A stretch of DNA of 64,000 nucleotides, taken from NCBI RefSeq assembly GCF_018350175.1, contig NC_058368.1, positions 235,726,001 to 235,790,000 on the forward strand, given 5' to 3'. Source of the stretch: Felis catus. Its lineage: Eukaryota. Of the stretch, positions 1-12,130 are shown one piece after another. Made by a program: the position numbers and the translations under genes. Numbering within the stretch: the stretch's first letter is position 1; each line of letters begins with the position of its first letter. The notes beneath the pieces were generated by a model, which worked only from the letters and a program-made list of their open reading frames with translations, searched no databases and had not been told where the DNA came from.

Positions 1-288
1 AAGGGAATACATGTGTGTGTTTTAACTCCTGTATATATTAATATCTCGCACATATTTCTAGAGGGAACATACTTTTCAATATTTTGCTAATTATGAGTTT
101 ATACAGATATTTTAGACCCTCCTCCATTGCTTCATGGATCATTCTAGTCTCTCCTTGCTCATCTGTAACTTACCCCTCCGACCGTCTGCCATCCATCCTC
201 CTAATTACTCAGTGACAGTGTTCATGTAGAGCAGTAGCATATTTGTTAACCCGTACTCCCACGCGAAATAACTTTATCAACTGACGTA
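1..288 (-). mobile_element. Ancient L1 (L1MC/L1MD-like) 3' UTR fragment
   Basis: 'ttgttaacccgtactcccacgcgaaataactttatcaact' resembles the antisense L1MC/MD 3' end (recalled consensus). Confidence 0.7.
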
Positions 289-1048
289 CGGTAAGACCTC
301 GCTTTGTGGGCATAAATCATTCTGGAAACATGCTTGTAATCCAAAGCACTTGTATATCAAAGTGAATTTCCCCATAAGAAATAATGGAAACTCAGATGAT
401 TCATTCCACAGCCCCAAAGTATTCATATAAAAAAGATTACAATACTGTAATAGAATGCAGAATAAAGAAATACGAAATATAAAGGAAAACATATTAACCT
501 TCGTGGGTGGTGTGCAGGAGACAAGGGAGAGGTGGGTTACTGTATAGGACAACTTTCACTATCACTAACGAATGTTACTACAGTGCAGCGTTTATAAACT
601 CTTGGCATAGACTGTACTTAATGGAACTGGTAATAAGGCAGCAGAAGAAAGGGTCTCTATCTGCAGGCAGCCTGACCTAGAATGCAGCAAAGCATTCCTA
701 AGCTCACTCTTATATGGAAAGACAAAGGACTGTCCTTAGGTGCTTTGAAGTGACAAAAAAATACACCAATGCCAGTGTGGGCACCTTCCAACATTTTGAG
801 AAATCACTGATTCCTGCTAAACACAGTGGCCTGAGACTGAACATCTGAGCATGGCAGATGATCACCCACAATCCCGCCGAGACAGAGAGAGAGAAATGGG
901 GGTGGGGAGGAGGAACCATTGGCTCAGTTGTGATCATGTGACTTTTGGAGTCATGTACTGCTTGTATTGCAGGACATTGCTCGTTTACCAAGTTAAAACT
1001 TATTAGAAGTGTTTGTTCATCTTGTGGAACACTCGTAGAATAAGTTAC
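289..1048. mobile_element. Carnivore-type non-autonomous TcMar-Tigger DNA transposon (Tigger_Car-like), right TIR missing
   Basis: Starts after TA (287-288) with TIR-like 'cggtaagacctcgctttg'. Internal 'gaaacatgcttgtaatccaaagcacttgtatatcaaag' and 'gcaggcagcctgacctagaatg' match the recalled carnivore Tigger. It stops at 'agaataagttac', before the right TIR. Confidence 0.75.
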
Positions 1049-1357
1049 AAACCGAATTATAGATTCCACTAATATCTGAAGTTGCTGAGGATGGAACCAC
1101 CCCCCCCGCCCTGTTCCCTTATGAGATTGTTTCATTTATTTGTTATAGCGTTAGATTGTTTTGTCGCATTGTGCAACATATCCGGGGATATCCTGACCTC
1201 CACTGTAAGGATGTGCCAGAGTGTGTTTATCTGTTCTTCTACTGAAACACATTATGGCTGCTTCCACTTTTAGGTGATAAGGAATTATCGTTAATATTCA
1301 TTAGTATAATGAATTAAGTTATAAGCATTTATAATGTTGGTGTGGACATAAGTTTTC

Positions 1358-1582
1358 TTTTTTTTTTTTTAATTTTTTTTTAATGTTTATTTATTTTTGA
1401 GACAGAGAGAGACAGAGCATGAACGGGGGAGGGTCAGAGAGAGGGAGACACAGAATCGGAAACAAGCTCCAGGCTCTGAGCTGTCAGCACAGGGCCCGAC
1501 GCAGGGCTCGAACTCACGGACCGCGAGGTCATGACCTGAGCCGAAGTCGGCGCCTTAACCGATTGAGCCACCCAGGCGCCCC
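1358..1582 (-). mobile_element. CAN-SINE (SINEC_Fc type), full length
   Basis: Reverse complement of the ggggcgcctgggtggctca head, (CT) region and A tail. TSD tggacataagttttc (1343-1357) / tggacgtaagttttc (1583-1597). Confidence 0.97.
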
Positions 1583-1777
1583 TGGACGTAAGTTTTCAAA
1601 GCAGTTGGTTAAATTCCTAGAAATACGATTGCTGGCTTGTATGGTAGGACTTTGTTTAGTTTTGTAGGAAATTTCTACACTGGCTTCCAATGTGGCCGTG
1701 CCATTTTGTATTCCCCCCAGCAATAAATGAGAATTGTCATTAGTGTGCGCACTTAATGACAGTGAGCTTTGACGGGT

Positions 1778-1850
1778 GTTTTTTTTTTTTTCTGTTTTGT
1801 TTTGTTTTTTGTTTTTTGTTTGTGTTTTTGTGTTTTTGTTTTTGTTTTTG
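1778..1850. repeat. T-tract / (TTTTTG)n simple repeat
   Basis: Directly visible. Confidence 0.9.
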
Positions 1851-1890
1851 GCCATTCTAATATGTGTCAGTAGAATCTAATTGCTGTTTT

Positions 1891-1970
1891 AGGGACGCCA
1901 GCGTGGTTCAGTTGGTTAAACAGCCAACATCAACTCAGGTCATGATCTCACTGTTTGTGAGTTTGAGCCC
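1891..1970 (+). mobile_element. CAN-SINE 5' (tRNA-like) head only
   Basis: agggacgccagcgtggttcagttggttaa...caggtcatgatctcac...gagtttgagccc, then an abrupt switch to L1 sequence. Confidence 0.85.
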
Positions 1971-1971
1971 T

Positions 1972-2385
1972 GAGCCAAACTATGGGAAGAGCCCAAGCAT
2001 CCATCTCCTGATAAATGGATAAAGCAGGTGCAGTATGTACATATAATAGAATATTACTGAGATATAAAAAGAGAACAGAATCTTGCTATTTGCAATGACA
2101 CGGATGGAGCTAGAGAGTATAATGCAAAGCAAAATAAGTCAGTCAGGGAAAGACAAATACCATATGTAGAATTTAAGAATCAAAATGGATGAACATAGAG
2201 GAAAAAAAGAGAGAGGGAAGCAAAACATAAGAGACTCTTAATGATAGAGAACAAACTGAGGGTTGATGAAGGGAGGTGGGTGGGTGATGGGCTAGACGGG
2301 TGATGGATATTAAGGAGGGCACTTGTTGGGATGAGCAATGAATATATGAGTGATGAATCACTAAAGTCTACTCCTGAAGCCAATT
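1972..2385 (+). mobile_element. Carnivore L1 ORF2 end and 3' UTR, no poly(A) tail
   Basis: 'aaatggataaag', 'cggatggagctagagagtataatgc', 'gagaacaaactgagggttgatg' and 'gatgaatcactaaagtctactcctgaa' are typical of the carnivore L1 3' end. Confidence 0.9.
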
Positions 2386-2975
2386 ATGGTAAGGTTTAAA
2401 TCAGGTAGCCTGAGCCCTTCTCCAACTCTCTATTTTCTGTATTGTGCTGGCATTCTAGGTCATTTCCCCTTTCATGTAAACTTTTGCTGGTGACTTCCAA
2501 ATGGCTTGCTTGGAGTTTGATTGGAATTATGTTGAATCTATACCTAAAGTTGAGAGGAATGAAGATTTTAATGTGCCAAGTCTTCTAATCTGTGACCATA
2601 GACTCTCACCCCATTTCTCGACATCTTTGATTTCTTTCATGAGACTTTTTGTTTTCCACATATAAAGCCTGTACATATTTTATTATAGTTATGTCTAAGT
2701 CTTTTATGTTTGGGTGCTATTAAGGAAGATACGCATTTTTAAATTTTAAATTCCAGTTGCTTTTCACGAGTATATAGGAAAGTAACTCTGATTTTTTATA
2801 TTAACACTGCATCCTGCAACCTTGATGTCTGTATTCACTTACCTGTTCTAGGACTTTTTTGTGTGTCAGCTCTTTCATATTTTCTGCATCTAAAATCATG
2901 TAATCTGGAAATGAAGACAGTTTTACCTCTTTCTTTGCAATCTGTACCTCTTTTATTTCCTTTTCTTATTTTATT

Positions 2976-3209
2976 TATTTTATAATTTATAATTTTTTTA
3001 AGTTTATTCCTCTTGAGAGAGGGAGTGAGCAAGCATCAGTGGGGGAAGAGCAGAGAGAGAGAGAGAGAGAGAAAGAGAGAATCCCAAGCAGGCTTCATGC
3101 TGTCAGTGCACAGCCTGATGTGGGGCTTGAGGTCATGAACTGTGAGATCATGACCCGAGCTGAGATCAAGATTTGGATGCTTAACCGACTGAGCCACCAA
3201 GGTGTCCCT
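2976..3209 (-). mobile_element. CAN-SINE (older subfamily)
   Basis: Typical body with 'gagaatcccaagcaggc'. TSD ttttcttattttatt at 2961-2975 / 3212-3226. Confidence 0.95.
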
Positions 3210-4150
3210 CATTTTCTTATTTTATTCCATTAGCTGGGACTTCCAGTGTGGTGTTGAACTGGGACATCGAGAGAAGACATCCTTGACTTATTCAGAATCT
3301 GATGGGGGGAAGTATCTAGCTCCTCATTAATTATGATGTTGGCTATAGGTTGTTTGTAGACATCCTTCATAAAATTAGGAAAACTCCATCCTATTCCAAC
3401 TTTGCTGAGAGTTTTTTTTTTTTTTAATGAGCTGGTGTTGGATTTTGTCAAATGACTTATCTTTTGCATAAGATAAGATCTTAAGGTTTTTTTTTTCTTT
3501 AGTCTGCTGATATAATGGATTAAACCGATTGATTTAAAAAGTTTTGGACCAGGCTTGCCCAAATTGAATACCTACCACTAAGTTGTGAGTATAATTTTTT
3601 TTGTATACATTGTTTGGATTTGATTTGCTAATATTTGATGAGGATTGTTATGTCTATGTTCATGAGACATATGAGTCTGTCGTTCCCCTTCCTCCAATGT
3701 CTTTACTTGGTTTCATGATTAGGGTAATGCCAGCCTCATAGAATGAGTTCAGAAGGGTTCCACCTGCTTCTATTTTCCAGAAGAGATTGTAGAGAAGTAA
3801 CATCATTTATTCCTTAAATATTTAATAGAATTTGTCTATGAAACCATTTGGGTATTTTTTTTTTTCTTTTCTGATGATTATTAACTCAATTTCTTTAATG
3901 ATATCATTTTATTCAGGTTCTGTTCAGATTATCTATTTCTCTTTTTTAGTTTTGATATTTTGTATTTCAAGTTATTTAATCTAAGTTATCAACTTGGTAG
4001 GCACAGAACTATTCATAGTGTGCTTTAATAATCCTTGTAATGTACTTGGGATCAGCAGTAATGGCATCTTTTTCATTCATGATATTAGTAGGTTATGTCT
4101 CTATATTTATTTCTTTTTGAGCCTGTCTAGAATTTATCAATTTTGTTGGT

Positions 4151-4344
4151 TTACTTATTTATTTATTTAAAGTTTATTTATTTGTTTTGAGAGAGAGAGA
4201 GAGAGAGAGAGCACAAGCAGGGGAGGGGCATATAGAGGGTGATGTGAGTGCAGAGCCTGACTTGGAGCTCGAACCCATGAATTGTGAGATCATGACCTGA
4301 GCTGGAACCAAGAGTTGGACGCTTAACTGAGCTCCCAGCTGTCC
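4151..4344 (-). mobile_element. CAN-SINE with internal deletion
   Basis: (GA)n, 'gagatcatgacctgagc' and 'gacgcttaactgagc'. Confidence 0.93.
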
Positions 4345-4825
4345 TTTATTGGCCTTTTTCAAGAACTAAGCTTTGGTTTCATTTATCTTTTTCTATTATT
4401 GTCCTAATTCCACTTTTTACTAACTTATGCTCTAGTTTTTATTATTTATTTGTTCTACTTACTTTGGGCTTAAAATGATCGTTCTTGTCTAGTTAGAAAC
4501 TTCTGCTGTTGATTTTATCTCTGTTTAAAATTTTTTAATATTTGCGTTTAATGCTACAAATGTCTTTGTAAGCACTGATTTTTGCTATATCCCACAAATT
4601 TCGGTAAGCTCTATTTTATTTTCATTTAGTTCAAAGCATTTTAAAATTTCTTTTGGAAGTTCACCTTTGACTCATGTGTAATTAAGAAGCGTGTTGTTAA
4701 ATTCCCAAAGTAAACATATTAGACAATTCTCTAGCTATCTTTCCATTATTACTTTCTAGCTTAACACCGTTGATGTCTGAAAATATACTTAATATTTGTA
4801 ATTTTTTTATGTTTTATTAACAAAC

Positions 4826-5034
4826 ATTTTTTTTACATTTATTTATTTTTGATAGAGAGAGACAGAGCACAAGCAGGGAAGGGGCAGAGAGAGGGGGAGA
4901 CACAGAATCCGAAGCAGGCTCCAGGCTCCAAGCTGTCAGCACAAAGCCCGACGTGAGGCTCGAACTCACAAACTGTGAGATCATGACCTGAGCCGAAGTC
5001 GGATGCTCAACCGACTGAGCCACCCAGGCTCCCC
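4826..5034 (-). mobile_element. CAN-SINE (SINEC_Fc type)
   Basis: 'cacagaatccgaagcaggctccaggctc...ccgactgagccacccagg'. Confidence 0.96.
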
Positions 5035-5409
5035 TTACTATTTCTAATTTTTAATTTTTTTAATTTCTAATTTTTCTAATTTTTAAAATTTCTAATTTTT
5101 AAACTTGTTAAGCTATGTTTTATGGCGCAAACTGTGATCTATCTGGGTTGCTGCTCAAGGTGAGTGTAAGGAGAATGTGTATTCTGCTGTTGGTGGTGGA
5201 GTAGCTTATCAAAGTCTCCACGTTAAGTGATGAATAGTTCTGCTCAGGACCACTATCCCCTCTGCCAACTTGATTTCACAACTGCCGACAGAAGGTTGTT
5301 GAAGCCTCCGGTTGTGACATATATTTGTCAATTTCTCCTATCTGTATCATCAATTTCACACTCTGACATCAAGAGCAAACCCATTTAGGATTATGTCTTT
5401 GTGACGGAG

Positions 5410-5955
5410 AGCATCCTGGGTACCGCTGAGAAGGGCTTTTGCAGACGTAATTAGGTGATTTATTTTAAAACAGGAAGATGATCCTGGATTGCCCCTTTGA
5501 CCCAATCTAACACACGAGCCCTAGAAGAAGCAGAGAAGTTTCTCTGGCTGGGGGCAGAAGAGACTGTGCAGAAGGGGCAGTTGGAGAGACTCTAGACATG
5601 AAAAGAAGCGGTGTACTGTTGCTAGTGCTGATACAGAAGATTCCGTGAGCGGGAATGTGGCCACTAGAAGCCAAGAAAGACACTGGACCGACAGCTAACG
5701 AGGAGGATGGTCCTACATACAACCAGCAATGAATGCCACCAACAACCTGAATGAGCTCGGACGTGAATCCTGCCCCAGAACCCCCAGAAAGGGGCGGCCT
5801 CTTCAACACCGTCATCTCAGAGTCCTGAGGCCCAGAGCAGAGAGACTGGAGGAGTCACACTGTGCCCAGGCTTCTGACCTACGGAGCTACGAGGCAAGCA
5901 GTTTGTGCTGCTTTAAGCCACTGAGTTTGCAGGAACTCGTCACAGCAGCATGAGG
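5410..5955 (+). mobile_element. ERVL-MaLR solo LTR (MLT1E/F-like)
   Basis: 'ctttttgcagacgtaattag'-like start, 'gccaccaacaacctgaatgagc', and 'tgctgctttaagccactgagtttg...cacagcagca' end. Confidence 0.8.
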
Positions 5956-6099
5956 GATCAAATGCCCTGTGCCTGTGGTGTGGGGGTGGGGGGAGGGGAG
6001 AGACTCTGGAGACAAGGGGGAAGAAGAGCCACTGGGGAAGCCACCAAGCAGGGTAGGGGCCGAGGTGTCTTGGCCAGCTCGGGCGCCATGACAAATTAG

Positions 6100-6420
6100 C
6101 ACAGGCTAGCAGCTTACAGGACAGTCTGCGGACTGGAAGTCTGAGGTCAGGGGCCAGCGCCGCCGGCTTCTGGTGGGGGCTTCTTCCTGGCCTGTGGACG
6201 GTCCTACTGTGTCCTCACTTGGCCTCGCCTTGGCCCACTCGTGTGGAGGGAGAGTGGGCTCTCTGGAACCTTCTGCTTCCTCTCGTGAGGGCACCACCCC
6301 ATCCGGAACGCCTGTCTTCACGACCCCATCGGACCCTGCTCTTGTTTTGGGGGCCACACGCACGTCCAGTCCGTCCCGGGGTGTATGCGTGTGTTCTGTG
6401 ACATTGTGGTGGGGACTCAA
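6100..6420 (-). mobile_element. ERVL-MaLR LTR (MLT1A/B/C-like), GC-shifted
   Basis: 'gactggaagtctgaggtcag...ttctggtgggggcttcttcctggcctgtggacg...tgtgtcctcacttggcct' follows the antisense MLT1B layout. Confidence 0.7.
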
Positions 6421-8261
6421 GAAAGCACAGGGCAGAGACACAGCACAGGGCGGGCGTGTTCAACACTTCCTGTTACGATTAGGCGATTGTCTGCACAGGA
6501 AAACAGACCACCTTGAACACCAGCCTCCCTTCTCCCCATCCTGTTCTGGACTCTCCCTACACACCCGGATCTCTGCTCCCACAGGTGAGCCCTGTTTGTC
6601 CATCAGGATCCGCATCTTGCCGGACTTGGCCCGAGACCCTATGAATGTCCGTTGCCCAGAGGTGACGGCATCCATGATATCTCGGGGTGAGAGTCCTGAT
6701 CAGCTAGGGGAGGAGCCCCACGGCTACTCCCCGCACCCACGTCCGCCCCCGGCCACACCCCCCGGTGCCAGCCACGCTGTTCCCTCCCTCCCACGGACTC
6801 GATCCAGTTTCCACAAGGCAGGCTGCCCATAGCCTCCCTGGATACAGCGTACTTGTCTGCTCACCTCCCGGGTTCTCTTAACGCTGTTCACGTGACCATC
6901 AACATCCCCCAAGACGCTGAGCTGTAGCTGTTTCATTAAGCACAGAAAACCCCCTTCACTGGGCAACCTTCCGAAGCAGAAGGCACCTCGTGTCACTGGT
7001 GGCAGGTCCTCGGCAAATAGTGAAATCGCTTTGTGTTTTTTTGGTGGAACAAAGGACGGAACAGACGATCGGTGGCCACTCTTGGCCTGACGCTTCCCTC
7101 GCTACCTTGGCTGTTAGCTTCGGATCCAACCCGCGGTACCTCGGAATCCATGCTTTCCGGGGAAACTCTGAATGTCTGCAAAGTGCTGAGTGTGAGAGCC
7201 GCCACAGTGAACAAGATGACACGGGGTCCCTCACGGTAGCCAGCGGCAGCCTCCGGGAAGGATGCGGACATCATCGCCGTCCGTGGAGAGCACCACGGGG
7301 GAACCCCTCCGAGGTCCGCCCCAGAGGAGACTGGCAGGGCCTAACCTGGCACCATCCGGGAGGCCTTCTCTGAGTCCTGCGTGCCAAGAGCGTGCCTGAG
7401 GATGTGTGAAGCCAGGAGGAAGGAAAGAGGCCAGCGTGCGCAAGGCGCTGGAAGATTCTGACTTGGCTGGAGGGTGGCAGAGGCAGGTGCAGGAGGCTCG
7501 CAGGCATGTGGTCTGATGCGGCCGTGGAAACGCCGTGTGCAGGGACGGCAGCCTCAGCGCAGCCTGGGCCAGAATCGTGAGCCTGGGGCCTCCTCTCTCA
7601 GACCTGCCCGTGGGCTTCTGCTCCCCCTGGGACACCGCCTGCCGTGAACGGGAGTTCAGGGTTGGAATCTCCCGGATGGGGGGACGTGGGAAGATGCTCC
7701 CCGTGCTCTGCCCCCCGCCCCCCACCTCGGACGGGCTGGATGTCGCGTAGCCTCATTTACACGCACGTTCCAGACTCCGTGGCCCGCGTCCTCGGGGGTC
7801 CGTCTCGCACTCCGTCCACCTTTCTTCAGTAAGCGCAGGACAAATGGGATGGACGCGCATGAGATAATCCAGGCCGGGACCTCGGGCCATGTCTAGCCTT
7901 TCCGACGTGAGCCCCATGGGTGGGTGACCAACATAGGAACGAACACGTAGGCAACTGAAAACATCGATTCTGAAAACAGGAGCGCAGAGAGCTTTAGCCC
8001 ACGATCTTTCACGTCTGGGTGGGTGTTTTCTATCAATGTTCGGATTTGCCGGGAAGTCCTCTGGGCTTTGAGAATGGAATCGGTTCCGGTGTTAGAGTGG
8101 GCTCCTCCTCGTAAGGACCCTGAGCATGGGTTGCAGGCCTAGGAGGAGCCTGCGAATACCGTCCCGAAATTTCCTGCATTATGTTTGAGCTCGGGATTGC
8201 ATGTGGTCCCGAGCGGAGCGGGGGAGGCCGCTTGCCCTCTACAGTGGTCTTCCTTAGGCAT

Positions 8262-8375
8262 CAGCGTTCTGAGCAAGGCAGGCCAGCAACATCCCCCAGG
8301 GAGTTCTCTTAAAAGTCAAGGCCGCCCTGTCTTACTCGAGTTCCACTGAACCAGGAAGGTCTGTGGGTCGGCCCG
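8262..8375. mobile_element. MER5A-like hAT fragment
   Basis: 'ccagcaacatcccccagggagttctcttaaaagtca...actgaaccagga...gtgggtcggccc' resembles MER5A. Confidence 0.5.
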
Positions 8376-10520
8376 TTGGGGAAGGGCTGGTAGGTTTGCC
8401 ATCAACGTCTGACCTCATCCTCCCCCTTCGTGGGCACTGGGGTAGCTTGCAAAGCACCCACGACTGCAAAGGAAGATCGAGTCAGCGGTTTGTAAACAGC
8501 TCCCCTGCCCTGGAGAAAGGTGCCTGCTCCTGACGCCAAAATGCATCTTTTTCTTCACACTTGAACCCAGCTTCGCAGCCAGAGCGCCCCCCGGCTGGCT
8601 TCTCGGGGAGGAGTGCTGGGTGAGGCCCGCAGTCCTGCTCTGCTCCTGACTGCCTGGAGGCGGAGGCAGCGAGGAGAAGGAATTCCTTGAGGACAGGAGA
8701 GGAGAGGGGACGGCAACGGCAACGCTAAAGGCTTCCTCACGGGGACCTGTGTCCCTAACTCGAGCCAGCTAATTCCTCCTCCTTGGGACAGAGTGGGCGG
8801 CGGGGAGCAGGGGACAGGAAGCCAGGCCTTTCTCCTGGTGCCGGGATAGGCAGAGGAAGACTTCCCACCAGAGGAGATGGGGACAGGTGACGTTGTCTCT
8901 CTGCTGGTACCAGCGTCCTATTTCCTTTCCAGGCCTCACACTCCAGCCCAGACCGCATGATGCAGAGGTTCAACACGTCCCTGCAGAGAACTTCATGTCA
9001 ACCACGCTGCCGTCTGCCTTCCCCGCACACTGACCCCGGGGGCACTGAGTGTTGCTGGAGAAACACGCACGACCGGGTCCTCTGGGCCAGCGGGTTTTCC
9101 TGTAGAGTCTGTTACCTGCGCAACAAAACTGACTCTGCGTTTTGTGAGTGCCCTCCAGGGATGCCCTCTCCACTGACCTAACCATCACCCCCAGAATTTA
9201 CCTGCCCCCCTCCCATCCAGCAACTTCACGGAGACACAGCGGCACCCGCAGCGTTAGCCCCTGGGGTTGTCCGCTGTGGGGTCGGTGACTGCGTGTTCTT
9301 CCCACTGCCCGCTGCTCACACCGGGTCCTCGGGCATCCGGCCCTCCCAATGTCCTTCTCTGTCTCCTTCAAACGTCCCCAGAGAAACACACTCGCATCTA
9401 CATCATAAACAACCTACTTACAACCAAACACCTCCAACCCCTCTTGGTCCTGGTGGTTTCGCAGATACGATCTGAAAGTTCTCCTATTTTTTGTGATCGT
9501 GCTTCTAGAGGTCCAGGCTGACACGTGTCCTTCCTGCCCCCCTCCCTTCGATTCTCTGCACCCCAGCCGAGGTCCCAGTGAGGGGCCAGGAAGCCAACCA
9601 GCTGGCTTTGCTCCCATCTTTCCTGGTAGCATCTGACCTTGAAACCCCTTTCAGCCTCCGTGTGTTCTGTCCGAACATGGGTGCTTCTCTCTGGGCTCCG
9701 CCGTTTCTCTGCCCCCCGCTCGCCTCTGCTGTCGAGCCTCAGCCTTGCCCTGGATGCTTTGACCCAGGTTTCTTGAACGACCACCTTATCTCTTCTTCAT
9801 CCATTTTTCCTGATCTGAATTCAGACATTCTGCTAATCTCCACATTTACGTACCTGATTGGCTAGGAGACTTCTCTACCGTGCTCTCTGCAGGCTGGGTG
9901 CTATTTGAAAACTCCCCTTGGTGGACAGGTCTCTGCTCTTCACCAAGTCTCTGAGTTGAAGGGAAAAGGCTGTGTGTGTGGATCCCAGCCCCGGAGCAAG
10001 TCTGGGGCAGCACCTTATAGATTCCATTCTTTACAAAGTCTGTTCTGCCCAAGGTCACGGGTGGAGGTCCTAGGATCTGCCTGGTGGGTCACAGTTGCCA
10101 CCTTCGAAGACATCCTTACTTTGGAGTGCACACGCTGTGGCTAACTACGTGTGCAAGGTCATGGAGCATCTGTCATTCGGAAGCTCGCCTGCCACAGGCA
10201 GCCTGCCTCACCACCTGCTAGTCAAGGACGCACAACCTGACCACCGTTTCAAGCGTAGCAATTGAAATTCACCGAGGAGTCCCACTTCATGATTTTGATG
10301 GTAGGAAATGAAACAAACAGAATTAACAATAAGTTCTGATAGGGCCCGATGAGCCTGGACGCTCATCCATCATTTGCAGGCGGACGTGACCCCTGTAGGC
10401 TGTTTCCAGCTTTTCTGTTGAGACTCTTCCATGAGGTGTTGGTTCCATGGATCCTGTTCTTTGTGTATTTAGTGTTTTTGTTTTCTCCTTTAATTCTTTT
10501 TTTTACTATTGCTTTCTTTT

Positions 10521-10560
10521 TTTATTTTTTAAAAAAATTTTAAATGTTTATTTATTTTTA

Positions 10561-10593
<33 letters not shown>

Positions 10594-10777
10594 GAGAGAG
10601 AGACCAAGCACGAACAGGAGAGGCACACAGAGAGAGAGGGAGGCACAGAATTGGAAGCAGGCTCCAGGCTCTGAGCTGTCAGCCCAGAGCCCGACATGGG
10701 GCTCGAACTCACAAACCGTGAGATCATGACCTGAGCCAAAGTCAGACACCTAACTGACTGAGCCACCCAGGTGTCCC
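10521..10777 (-). mobile_element. CAN-SINE
   Basis: Full body. TSD tactattgctt on both sides (from 10504 and from 10778). Confidence 0.96.
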
Positions 10778-10836
10778 TACTATTGCTTGCTTTTATGCAA
10801 TTTTGAATAATCTCTCAAATCTCTAGTTCATGGACT

Positions 10837-11386
10837 TGTCCAGGACAGCCTTAATAGCCCCCTCGGCTTGACTAACCTTGAGACAGATTTTTTTCTTGAC
10901 GCTTGGCCCTCGACCTCCCTTTTCTTTGAGTATTTTCTTTGGGAAAGTTTTGTAAGTCCTTTTTCTGTGCCTTTGACATACATGGGACTCTTTTAAAAAG
11001 GCTCTTGCCACTTTTAGAACCTAGCGATGTCTTTTTCAAGAAGATGTGAGCGTGAAGGAAGATAGCGCCCCTGTCCCCTGGTCTCTGTGGGAGGGTGGGA
11101 GCCTTAGTCTAATGGGTGACAATTAGCAAACACAGGTGGCCTGGTCACAGACGTGAACATTTGCGGATGCAGGAACAATCAGCGTGCAGGACGCACCTCC
11201 GTGACCATCCTCGTCCCTCAGGCCCTCCAGTACTTGTCCACCAGCTCCCTTGAGGACTGAACCCTTGCCGCTCTGTTTCAGCAGAGCTGAGCTCAGACTG
11301 AGTTCTGGTCTCCCTCCCCTATTGCAAAAGCCTTGAGTCCAGTGTTTGCCTGTTTAACCTCGTCCCGGGCAATTTCTGCTTCGATA
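10837..11386 (+). mobile_element. ERV1 solo LTR (MER67-like)
   Basis: TGTC start. Contains 'cttgactaaccttgagacag', 'gaaggaagatagcgcccctg', 'ctcccctattgcaaaagccttga' and 'gcctgtttaac...gcaatttctgcttcgata'. Possible 4-bp TSD gact / gacg. Confidence 0.75.
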
Positions 11387-12130
11387 GACGAGCTGGGTTG
11401 CACTCTCCTCGCCCAGATCTATCAGGTCAACGCTGTTGCTTCAGTTACAGGAACAAGGATGACTAACAGAAAGTGATGGGATCCGTGCAAAATCAACCGT
11501 TAAATAAATAGGCTGCACAGAGACAAGGTCATACGGAGCGAGACTCCACAACTCTTTCAGCCCGGAGGGTTTCTTCTTCCTTCAGCTGACATAAGAGGAC
11601 TCGGGGTTCACTCAATGCAGGGTCCAGATGCCTGTGTTTTCGGGGCACTTCAGTTCTTACAGACTATCGTTCCCTCTCACTCCCAAGTCAGAGTCCTCTG
11701 CCTGGAGATGTGTCCTGCCCGGGCAAGGATAGAAAACATCTCTGGTTTGCTCCTCAAGAAGAATCCTTTCCGGGTCCTGTGGGAATCTGTATTCCTTGAG
11801 GTCACGTCTTGTGCCCGAGGTCATCGATCCTGAATCCCTAGAGAAGACGGGGACTCTGCTTGCTTGTGGGCACCCCTGGATCTCCTACTCTACCTACCAA
11901 TGCCCTCTTTATCTTGTATTCTTCCCAAGGAGCTAATTCAGGGTTTTCCATGGGCACCTCCTTCCAACTGAGTCCCGAAGGATCCTCTCTCCATAATGTA
12001 TTTTTCACACAGCTCGATTGGATCTGTGTTTTGGGATCTGCCATGGAGAAAATTCTTCCCTTAAATGCCCTGCGCTTTGAGCAAACATAATTTTCACCCT
12101 TGGATATCAGAGCCAGCTACACTGAGTCTA

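Larger units (their letters stand above)
1050..5350 (-). mobile_element. Degenerate ancient L1 (L1M) 3' region and ORF2, interrupted by SINEs and a younger L1
   Basis: The minus-strand translation at 3230-3562 (LIHYISRLKKK...KTLSKVGIGWSFPNFMKDVYKQPIANIIIN) resembles the L1 ORF2 RT region (VIHHINR...KTLNKLGIEG..LNIIKAIYDKPTANIILN). The sequence has the T-rich texture of antisense L1. Confidence 0.85.

Noticed and set aside
4817..5023. Recurrent 'MAQSV...TSAQVMIS...SLEPASDSVS' ORF family
   Set aside because: These are translations of CAN-SINE copies, not a gene family.
9410..9520. Possible minus-strand exon ending in a GTAAGT donor near 9415-9420
   Set aside because: No good polypyrimidine acceptor upstream and no recognisable peptide in any frame.
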